Assembly (NCBI GenBank): GCA_963783385.1 | Contig: CAWANJ010000001.1 | Location: forward strand, 64,001-128,000 | Source: an uncultured Gemmatimonadales bacterium | Lineage (GTDB): Bacteria; Gemmatimonadota; Gemmatimonadetes; Palauibacterales; Palauibacteraceae | DNA: 64,000 nucleotides | Reading direction: 5' to 3' | Part shown: in pieces, positions 1-7,801 of the stretch | Layout: each line of letters opens with the position of its first letter | How positions within the stretch are numbered: position 1 is the first letter of the stretch | Position numbers and translations under genes: made by a program | The notes under the pieces: generated by a model | Seen by the model: the letters and a program-made list of their open reading frames with translations, nothing else | Database searches by the model: none | What the model was told of the DNA's origin: nothing

Positions 1-21
1 GGAAGAGGGCGCGCGTCGGGT

Positions 22-1683
22 TCACGATCGTCCCCCGGGTCCGGCGGCCAGGTGGTGGCGGATGAGCGGGCGCGTGCCGGGAGCCAGGTAGTCCTCGGCC
101 CGGGCCTCGGCGGCCTGGTCCAGGGCCGTGACCCGCGCGTGCTGGCGCAGGTGCTCCGCCCACGACTGGACCAGGAAGAGCTCCACGTAGCGGTCCGGAT
201 CGGAGGAGTCGGCGAACAGGTCCCAGTAGTAGGCTCCGCTCCGGCGCCGGCGCCTGCCCACGTCGGCCATCGCCGCCTCGAAGGCCTGGTGGCGGCCCGC
301 CGCGACGTGGTAGTCGACGGTCACCAGGACGGGGCCGCGGTCGTGCTCCACCTCCTCGGAGAGGATCGGGGCCGGCCAGTGCCGGGTCGGCGACAGGTCG
401 AGGCCCTCGGTCTCCCGGATGCGGAAGCGCCCCCCGACCACCACGCCCAGGACCACCACGGCCCCGGCGGCGGCCAGCGCCCCGGGTAGACCGACGCGGC
501 CCGCGACCACGCCCCACAGGATGCTGCCCACCGTCGTGCCCCCGAAGAACACGAGCACGTAGAGCGACATGCCCCGGGCCCGGACCCAGGAGGGGAGGAC
601 GGTCTGGGCGGCGGTATTGAAGCCCGACAGGAGGTTGAGCCACGCTCCGCCCGCCGCGAACACGATCGCCAGGAAAGGCCCCAGGTCGCGCACCTGGCCC
701 ACGGCCGCCAGGCAGACGCCGAACACGACGATGGACACCGTCACCACGCGGTCCAGGGTGAGCCGCCGGCGGAGCGGGCCCAGCACCACGGCGCCCGACA
801 CGGCCCCGATCCCGAACGCCGTGACCACGAGGCCGAAGCCCCCGGCCGAGAGTCCCAGCCTCTGGCGCGCCACGAGCGGCAGGAGGGCCCACAGCGCGCT
901 TCCCGCGAACACGAACAGGCCGACCCTCACGAGGACCGAGACCATCTGCGGCGTGTGCCGGACGTAGCGCACGCCCGTTCGGACGGCTCCCGGGAACGGC
1001 TCCCGCGGGAGCTCGCGGCTCTCCGCCGGCCGCTTCCAGCGACCGAGCACCCCGACCAGCCCGAGGTAGGAGGCGGCGTTGGCCAGGAAGGCCACTCCGG
1101 CGCCGGCCGTGGCCACCAGCACCCCTCCGAGGGCCGGGCCGACGGCGCGGGCGATGTTGACACCGACGCTGGACGACACGATGGCCGACGGGAGCTCGTC
1201 GCGGGGAACCAGCTCGGGGAGAATGGCGGTCCAGGCGGGCTGGTTGACCGCCGCCCCGAAGCCCAGCAGCAGCGTGAACAGGAGGAGGCTCCACGGGGTG
1301 ATCCAGCCCAGCACGGTGAGCACGCCCAGGGTTCCGGCCGCGAGCAGCTGCCATACCTGCGCCCACAGGAGGACGCGCCGCCGGTCGACCAGGTCGGCCA
1401 GCGCCCCCGCGGGGACCACCAGCGTGAACATGGCGAGGCCGGTGGCGGCCTGGACCAGCGCCACCATGATCGGCCGCGGCGCCAGATCGGTCATGAGCCA
1501 CTGGGCCGCCACCTGCTGCACCCACGTGCCGACGTAGGAGACCACGTTGGCAGCCCAGATCGCCCGGAATACGGGGTGACGGAACGGCGTCCACGGCGAG
1601 GTCGGAGCCGTCTTGCCGCTCCCGGTGGCCCGGTCTACCATCGTCCGGCTCGCTTCACGTCCATCGCGGCTGGAGGTTCGCAT
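22..1683 (-). CDS. MFS transporter (MFS_3/transmembrane secretion effector type) with soluble C-terminal domain
   Basis: About 12 hydrophobic segments, motif GALADLVDRRR, and a C-terminal GPVLVTVDY...SWAEHLRQH domain typical of this subfamily. Start uncertain (ATG 1683, 1641 or the 1695 ORF start). Confidence 0.9.
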   Translation of the reverse strand: MRTSSRDGREASRTMVDRATGSGKTAPTSPWTPFRHPVFRAIWAANVVSYVGTWVQQVAAQWLMTDLAPRPIMVALVQAATGLAMFTLVVPAGALADLVDRRRVLLWAQVWQLLAAGTLGVLTVLGWITPWSLLLFTLLLGFGAAVNQPAWTAILPELVPRDELPSAIVSSSVGVNIARAVGPALGGVLVATAGAGVAFLANAASYLGLVGVLGRWKRPAESRELPREPFPGAVRTGVRYVRHTPQMVSVLVRVGLFVFAGSALWALLPLVARQRLGLSAGGFGLVVTAFGIGAVSGAVVLGPLRRRLTLDRVVTVSIVVFGVCLAAVGQVRDLGPFLAIVFAAGGAWLNLLSGFNTAAQTVLPSWVRARGMSLYVLVFFGGTTVGSILWGVVAGRVGLPGALAAAGAVVVLGVVVGGRFRIRETEGLDLSPTRHWPAPILSEEVEHDRGPVLVTVDYHVAAGRHQAFEAAMADVGRRRRRSGAYYWDLFADSSDPDRYVELFLVQSWAEHLRQHARVTALDQAAEARAEDYLAPGTRPLIRHHLAAGPGGRS

Positions 1684-1851
1684 GGGTCCTGCCACGACGC
1701 TCGTACGCCGAGCCTTCGGGGCCCGGGGCCCGTGCCCCGTCTCTCGTCGCCGGCCAGAACGCCTCCTTCGCCCTGGACGTGCTGCACTGGCTGTCGGGCC
1801 TCCTGCCGTGAGGCGGAGCGCCGGCCGGGCCGGCGCCCGCCGCTCACCGCG

Positions 1852-3843
1852 TCAGCTGCGGCCCGCCTTCGGCGCGGCCACGCGATACAGGCCCCACGCG
1901 ACCAGGGCGAGCAGGAAGAGTCCCGGGAGTGCCGACTCGTGCACGCCCCAGAAGGCGAGCACGTTCGAGCGTCCCGAGAGCACGATCGGGATGGCCATGA
2001 AGATCCCGACCAGGGCCTCGCCGGTGATGAAGCCCGAGGAGAGCAGGAGCCCGCGCTGCGCGGCGTCCTTGCGGTCGTCCTCCGAGTCGAAGCTCCGCTT
2101 CCGCAGGGCCCGCTTGACCAGCGGCGCAACGACGCCCCCGATGAAGATCGGGGTCGACAGCTCGACCGGCAGGTAGATCCCCACCGCCACGGCCAGCACC
2201 GGGGTCCGGAAGGGGGCGTCCCGCTTCTCGAGCCACATGTCGAACGCGATGATGGCCACCGCCACCCCCATCCCGATGAACACCATGGTCCACGGGAGGC
2301 CGCCCTCGAACACCCCCTTGGCCACCGATGCCATGAGAGTGGCCTGCGGAGCGGTGAGGGACTGCGGGTGCGCCGGCGACTGCGGACCGATTCCGTAGGC
2401 GTTGAGGAGCAGGTTCAGCACGGGGGCCATCACGAAGGCCGACACGCCGGTGCCCACGATGAGCATGACCTGCTGCTTCCAGGGCGTGGCGCCCACCAGC
2501 CAGCCCGTCTTCAGGTCGTGGAGGTTGTCGCCGGCGATGGCCGCGGCGCACGCCACCACCGCGCCGATGAGGATGGCGGCCGCCGCCCCCTTCCCTCCCG
2601 CCTGCCCGAACACGACCAGGAGGAGGAGCGAGGCGAACAGCAGGGTGGCGATCGTGACCCCGGAGACCGGGTTGTTGGATGATCCCACCAGCCCGGTCAT
2701 GTAGCCGGAGACGGCCGAGAACACGAAGCCAGCGATCACCATGATGATCGCCATGGCCAGGCTCATGGCCAGATGCCCGACCAGATAGTGGTACAGGAAG
2801 AAGAGGGGGATGATGGAGAGAGCGATCACCAGCAGCACCCACTGCATGGGCATGTCGCGCTCGGTGCGCAGGGTGGACTCGACGCCCCCCTCGCGCAGCG
2901 CCCGGTAGGCGTCGAAACCGGAGCGAATCCCCGTGACCACGCTCCCGCCCATGCGGATCAGGGCCCACAGGCCGCCGACCACCATGGCCCCCACGCCCAG
3001 GTAGCGGGTCTGGGTCGACCACACCGTGAGCGCGTGCTCGGCGGCCGTCTGGCCCGCCGGCAGCCCTCCGTGTAGCCAGGTGTAGATCGGAATGGCCACC
3101 CAGAAGTTGAGGATGCCCCCGCCGAACACCAGGCAGGCGATGTTGAGCCCCACGATGTAGCCCACGCCCACGAGAGCGGGCGACAGGTTCGTTCCGATGT
3201 AGAACAGGCTCTTGCCGCCGAAGATTCCGACGGCCCACTCCGCCGTCTCCTTCCACAACCGAAGGCCCGTCTGCGAAAACTTGAACAGGGCGGACACGAT
3301 GGCGGCGCCGGCCACGAACCAGACGCCCGTCCCGCCGCGCTCGCCCGTCTCCAGGACCTCGGCGCAGGCCACGCCCTCGGGGAACTGGAGCGGGTTCTCG
3401 ACGATGAGCGCGCGCCTGAGGGGGACCGTGAACAGCACGCCGAGGATGCCGCCGAAGCCGGCGATGAGGGTGGTCTGGACGAAGTCGAACTGCGTCCAGG
3501 TCCCCAGCAGCACGAGCGCGGGGATCGTGAAGATGACGCCGGCCGCCAGTGATTCGCCCGCGCTGGCGCACGTCTGTACGATGTTGTTCTCGAGGATGTT
3601 CGAGCGCGGGAACAGGCGCAGGATCCCCATCGAGATCACGGCGGCCGGAATGGAGGCCGACACCGTGAGACCGGCGAACAGCCCCAGGTAGGCGTTGGCC
3701 CCGGCCAGCACGAGGGCCAGGATGACGCCCAGGATCACGGCCTTGACGGTGATCTCGGGCAGGGACTGCGAGGCCGGGATGAAGGGGCGGTGGGACTCCG
3801 ATCCGGACGCGCTTGCGCGGGCTGAGGGTCGGGCGCTCGCCAT
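1852..3843 (-). CDS. OPT family oligopeptide transporter
   Basis: ANAYLGL.AG.TVSASIPAAVIS, ENNIVQT.ASAGES, FPEG and APQA.LMA motifs. ATG 3843 has GGAG/AGGGG upstream. Confidence 0.95.
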   Translation of the reverse strand: MASARPSARASASGSESHRPFIPASQSLPEITVKAVILGVILALVLAGANAYLGLFAGLTVSASIPAAVISMGILRLFPRSNILENNIVQTCASAGESLAAGVIFTIPALVLLGTWTQFDFVQTTLIAGFGGILGVLFTVPLRRALIVENPLQFPEGVACAEVLETGERGGTGVWFVAGAAIVSALFKFSQTGLRLWKETAEWAVGIFGGKSLFYIGTNLSPALVGVGYIVGLNIACLVFGGGILNFWVAIPIYTWLHGGLPAGQTAAEHALTVWSTQTRYLGVGAMVVGGLWALIRMGGSVVTGIRSGFDAYRALREGGVESTLRTERDMPMQWVLLVIALSIIPLFFLYHYLVGHLAMSLAMAIIMVIAGFVFSAVSGYMTGLVGSSNNPVSGVTIATLLFASLLLLVVFGQAGGKGAAAAILIGAVVACAAAIAGDNLHDLKTGWLVGATPWKQQVMLIVGTGVSAFVMAPVLNLLLNAYGIGPQSPAHPQSLTAPQATLMASVAKGVFEGGLPWTMVFIGMGVAVAIIAFDMWLEKRDAPFRTPVLAVAVGIYLPVELSTPIFIGGVVAPLVKRALRKRSFDSEDDRKDAAQRGLLLSSGFITGEALVGIFMAIPIVLSGRSNVLAFWGVHESALPGLFLLALVAWGLYRVAAPKAGRS

Positions 3844-3962
3844 GCTTACCCCTGGAGCGAGGGTCTCGGGATGAGGAGGGACGTGTTGCGCGACGCTAGG
3901 AAGCCCATGCCGGGCGCGCAAGAGCGGGCGCCACGGAAGAGGTCGCGGGGGACGACGCGCGG

Positions 3963-4772
3963 GTGACCCATCCGTGGTGGTCCTACCCGGCCCTGGCGGC
4001 CGTCGGCCTGGTGGCCGGCGCCCTAAACGTCATCGCCGGCGGAGGCTCCTTCCTCACCCTTCCGGCCATGATCTTCCTCGGCCTGCCGCCCACGGTGGCC
4101 AACGGCACCAACCGAATCGCCATCCTGGTGCAGAACGCCGGCGCCGTGTGGGGCTTTCAACGCCGGCGCCTGGTGGCGTGGCGCTGGGTGGTGCGGGCCG
4201 CCCTGCCGGCCGTGCTCGGCGCGATCCTGGGGGCGTGGCTCGCCGTGCGGATCGGGGACCGCTCCTTCGAGCGCATTCTCTCGGTCCTCATGGTGGTGGT
4301 CTCGCTGGCGTCGCTGTGGCGCCCGGGGAGCGGAGCCGCGCGCTCGGAGAGCAGCGGAGAGCGGCCCGAGGAGCCCGGCCTCGGGCCCGACGCGGTGCCG
4401 GCGCCCCCCGCCGCGGCCGGGGCCAGGCTCGCGCTGGCCGGCGGCTTCTTCCTGGTCGGCGTCTACGGCGGATTCGTCCAGGCCGGCACCGGCTTCCTGT
4501 TCCTGGCCGTGCTGACCTGGGCAGGCTTCGACCTGGTGCGGGGCAACGCCCTCAAGGTGCTCGTCATCCTCCTGTGGACGCCGCTCGCCCTGTGGCAGTT
4601 CGCCGCGGGCGGACAGGTGGACTGGCTGCTGGGGCTGGCGCTCGCGGCGGGGAACTTCTCGGGGGCGCTGGTCGGCGTGCGGCTCACCGTGCTCAAGGGG
4701 AGCCGCTGGGTGCGGCGGGTGGTGACGATGACGGTGATCGCGTTCGCGTTGCTGCTGTGGGTGCTGCCCTAG
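3963..4772 (+). CDS. Sulfite exporter TauE/SafE family (TSUP) membrane protein
   Basis: AGGGSFLTLP...ANGTNR and YGGF.QAG.G motifs, about 8 TM segments. Confidence 0.9.
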   Translation: MTHPWWSYPALAAVGLVAGALNVIAGGGSFLTLPAMIFLGLPPTVANGTNRIAILVQNAGAVWGFQRRRLVAWRWVVRAALPAVLGAILGAWLAVRIGDRSFERILSVLMVVVSLASLWRPGSGAARSESSGERPEEPGLGPDAVPAPPAAAGARLALAGGFFLVGVYGGFVQAGTGFLFLAVLTWAGFDLVRGNALKVLVILLWTPLALWQFAAGGQVDWLLGLALAAGNFSGALVGVRLTVLKGSRWVRRVVTMTVIAFALLLWVLP

Positions 4773-4924
4773 GGGGAATCGGGCCCCGTGACGCACCGGG
4801 GGGCTTCACTATTAGGGCCGACTAATCTACCTTGCAGGTGGTACTCGGCCGGCCCGGGATGGCCGGTCCGTCGGGGGGCGGAGCTCCGCCCCCGCGTCCC
4901 TCTCCAGGCCTCGAGGAGGCACCC

Positions 4925-5506
4925 ATGATGCCACGCTCGCCCCGACGACGAATCGGCGGCCCGGCCGTCGGCGCCGCCGGCCTGCTCGCCCTGCTGCTCC
5001 TGGCGCCGGTAGCGGCCGGAGCCCAGGTCGACCCGGCGGCTCGAGACGCGATGATCCGGAGCGCCATGAGCGCCGCGCCCGCCGAGGTGTCGCTCGCCGC
5101 CACCGTCCGGGACTGGCAGGGCAACATCCTGCGCGAGGGCACCAACGGATGGACGTGCATGCCCGACATGGCCGACCAGCGGGGCGACTCGCCCATGTGC
5201 CTGGACGCAGTCTGGATGGCATGGGTGGACGCGTGGCAGAACAAGAAGCCCTTCCGCGCGGACCGGATGGGCTTCGGCTACATGCTCCAGGGCGACTTCC
5301 CGACCAGCAACACCGACCCCTACGCACAGAAGGCGACGCCCGACAACCAGTGGCTCGAGGACTCGGGTCCGCACGTCATGATCCTGGTGCCGGACGCCAC
5401 GGCCCTGGCGGACCTCCCACGGACGCCGCATGAACAGGGACCCTGGGTGATGTGGGACGGAACACCCTACGTCCACATCATGCTCCCGGTGTCCCGGAAG
5501 CCCTAG
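4925..5506 (+). CDS. Secreted conserved hypothetical protein
   Basis: GAGGAGG RBS before ATG 4925, signal peptide ending AGA-Q, globular domain with motifs LREGTNGWTC, PMC, YMLQGD, GPHVMI, YVHIM. Confidence 0.8.
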   Translation: MMPRSPRRRIGGPAVGAAGLLALLLLAPVAAGAQVDPAARDAMIRSAMSAAPAEVSLAATVRDWQGNILREGTNGWTCMPDMADQRGDSPMCLDAVWMAWVDAWQNKKPFRADRMGFGYMLQGDFPTSNTDPYAQKATPDNQWLEDSGPHVMILVPDATALADLPRTPHEQGPWVMWDGTPYVHIMLPVSRKP

Positions 5507-5572
5507 GGAGAGCAGATCACGACTCGACCGGAGGGGGCCCTTCCCCGCGGCCCGCCGGTCCGGCCGATTCGT

Positions 5573-6964
5573 TCAGCCGCGCGGGCTCCGCCTCCGCTCG
5601 CGATAACGCTCCATGCGGCGCGCCAGGGTGCGCCGGTGGACCCCGAGGATCTCGGCCGCCCGGGTCCGGTTTCCCCCGGCCTCCTCGAGCACGCGGAGGA
5701 TGTACTCGCGCTCGAGCCGGTCCAGGTCCCAACGCTCGTCCTCGGCCCGGCTCAGGAGATCGCCCGCCTTCCCGCGCCCGCGGCGCGTGGTGGGCTCGAA
5801 CCGGATGGCCGGCTGGCCCGCGTACAGGAGCATGGCCCGCTCCACGAAATGCTCCAGCTCGCGCACGTTTCCGGGCCACGGGTATTCCTGCATGCGTACG
5901 AGCGTCTCGGGCAGGATGGCGGGCGCCTCGACGTCGTTCTCCTCGGCGAAGCGTCGCCGGAAGTGCTCGGCCAGGAGAGCGATGTCCTCGCGGCGCTCCC
6001 GCAGGGGCGGCACCCGGATCGGAAATACGTTGAGGCGATAGAACAGGTCTTCCCGGAAGCGGCCCTCCTCGACCGCCTCCTCGAGGTCCTCGTTGGTCGC
6101 CGCCACGAGGCGGAAGTCCACCGGCACCGTCCCCCCGCCGCCGACCCGACGGATCCGCCGCTCCTCGAGCACCCGGAGGAGCTTGACCTGCACGTCCACC
6201 GGGACCGTGGCCAGCTCGTCGAGGAAGAGCGTGCCGCCGTGCGCCTCCTCGACCAGACCGGGACGATCGGCGTGCGCCCCCGTGAAGCTCCCCTTGCGAT
6301 GCCCGAACAGCTCCGCCTCGAGCAGACTCTCCGGGAGCGCCGAGCACACCACGGCCACGAACGGGCCCTCGGCCCGCGGCGAGATCTCGTGGATGGCGCG
6401 GGCGACGAGCTCCTTCCCCGTCCCGGTCTCTCCGGTCACCAGCACGGTGGAGCGCGTCGGGGCGACGCGCCTCACCAGGCCCAGGGCGCGCCGGATGGCC
6501 GGAGAGCGACCGATGATTGGGACGCGCAGGTCGTCCTCGCCCTCCTCGCGGCGGCGGAGAGACCGGCGCCGCTCCGACTCCGCCGCGGCCCGGGTGACGG
6601 CCTCGATCAGGCGGTCGGTCTGAATCGGCCGGGCGAGGCAGTCGGCCGCGCCCCGGTGCATGGCCTCGACCGCGTCCGCCACGTCCCCTTCCTCCGCGAC
6701 CGCCACCAGGCGGGCATCCGTCTCGAGGGGATCGATGCGGGAGAGCACCTCGAGGCCCGAGATTCCCGGCAGCCGGGCCGCGAGCACGGCGGCGTCGAAG
6801 CGGCCCTCACGCAGGCGAAGAAGCCCCTCGTCCCCGCGACCGCACGCCTCGACCCGGAAGCCGCGCTCGCCCAGGACGGCGGCGAGAGCCGCGCGCAGGC
6901 GGGGGTCGGCCTCGACCACGAGGACCCTGTAGACACTGCGCCCGTCGGCAGGCTTGTGTGGCAC
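5573..6964 (-). CDS. Sigma54-dependent enhancer-binding protein (NtrC family) with degenerate receiver domain
   Basis: Walker A GETGTGKE, GSFTGA loop, Walker B LFLDE, RFREDLFYRLNV, PWPGNVREL and a Fis-type HTH (GNRTRAAEILG). Start placed at GTG 6964 (uncertain). Confidence 0.93.
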   Translation of the reverse strand: MPHKPADGRSVYRVLVVEADPRLRAALAAVLGERGFRVEACGRGDEGLLRLREGRFDAAVLAARLPGISGLEVLSRIDPLETDARLVAVAEEGDVADAVEAMHRGAADCLARPIQTDRLIEAVTRAAAESERRRSLRRREEGEDDLRVPIIGRSPAIRRALGLVRRVAPTRSTVLVTGETGTGKELVARAIHEISPRAEGPFVAVVCSALPESLLEAELFGHRKGSFTGAHADRPGLVEEAHGGTLFLDELATVPVDVQVKLLRVLEERRIRRVGGGGTVPVDFRLVAATNEDLEEAVEEGRFREDLFYRLNVFPIRVPPLRERREDIALLAEHFRRRFAEENDVEAPAILPETLVRMQEYPWPGNVRELEHFVERAMLLYAGQPAIRFEPTTRRGRGKAGDLLSRAEDERWDLDRLEREYILRVLEEAGGNRTRAAEILGVHRRTLARRMERYRERRRSPRG

Positions 6965-7117
6965 CGCGGCGTCCCTCGCTATGTTCGCCTCGTCCGGGGT
7001 CCGCCGCGGGGCCTCGAACGGCCGGGTGGGCGTCGCCCTCACTTCAGGGGATTGTCCAAGATATGCGATGCGGAGAGACGCGAAACGGGAAGAAACGCCG
7101 AAGAGGGGGAATTTCCG

Positions 7118-7161
7118 AAAAAGTCGAAACCCCCGACCGGACTCACGGGTCCGATCGGGGG
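7118..7161 (-). terminator. Rho-independent terminator
   Basis: Minus strand reads CCCCCGATCGGAC-ccgtga-GTCCGGTCGGGGG followed by TTTCGACTTTTT. Confidence 0.8.
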
Positions 7162-7417
7162 CCTCGTTGCGTCGGCGAGCCAGAGTCAGTCGGTTTGGCG
7201 TCACCCCGTGTGGTGACCTGACTTGAGGCTCTTTCCCTCGTCGTCACTCGAAAGTCACGACTCAGGCGTCCCCGTTCCCGGGACTACGGCTGCGGCCGAC
7301 GACCTTGCAGCCGGTCTGGGCGGGCCAAACTCCCGCCAGACGAGACGCCCTCCGGCCCGAACCGTCGGGCGTCGCATCCCACATCGTGGTCGCCGAAGCG
7401 TCCTCGTCGTGGGCGGA
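7118..7417 (-). ncRNA. Putative sigma54-dependent structured small RNA (~300 nt), family not recognised
   Basis: Bounded by a -24/-12 promoter and an intrinsic terminator. Seven consecutive hairpins including two UUCG loops, a GGAA loop and a tandem GA/GA internal loop. No convincing ORF. Confidence 0.65.
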
Positions 7418-7427
7418 GGAATGATAG

Positions 7428-7443
7428 AGCAACGCCCGTGCCC
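7428..7443 (-). promoter_or_regulatory. Sigma54 (-24/-12) promoter
   Basis: Minus strand GGGCACG-GGCG-TTGCT versus consensus TGGCACG-N4-TTGCW (one mismatch). Confidence 0.75.
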
Positions 7444-7544
7444 GGCCGGGCCACCTGCCGACCGCATCCGGCGCGCGCCGCGCACCGTATGGGCTCCGGC
7501 CGAATTTCGGGGGCCACGGGCTCGAAGCGAGAAGCCGCCGCTCG

Positions 7545-7593
7545 CGACAAAGTGTCACGAACGACGGCTCCCGGGCCCCGACAGAGTGTCACG
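7545..7593. promoter_or_regulatory. Tandem palindromic upstream activator (enhancer) sites
   Basis: CGACAaagTGTCACG (7545-7559) and CGACAgagTGTCACG (7579-7593), 34 bp apart, about 130-175 bp upstream of the predicted sigma54 start site. Confidence 0.65.
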
Positions 7594-7801
7594 CCAGGGG
7601 CGAGGCGCGGCCCCGGAGACGACCCTCCGGGTGCGCCCGCCCGGGGGCTACGCCTGCGACGTCACGGTGCGGCGCGACGTGCCGCGCCAGGCCATCAGCC
7701 GGAAGATGGCCGGCACCCCCGGCGACCTGGCGAACCTGCGCGAGATTCTCAGGACGCTCGCTCCCGCCGCCTGAAGCGTCCCGGTCATCGGCCGGTGGGC
7801 C

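Noticed and set aside
7177-7417. CsrB/Rsm-type identity for the candidate sRNA
   Set aside because: About eight GGA triplets is close to chance at this GC content, and only one sits cleanly in a hairpin loop. I also saw no SRP, 6S, RNase P or tmRNA hallmarks.
7223-7774. 183-aa + strand ORF, and the 76-102 aa ORFs over 7255-7592, as real genes
   Set aside because: Low-complexity Arg/Pro translations, no good RBS, and they overlap the promoter, enhancer and terminator signals. Only the last ~55 codons look coding.
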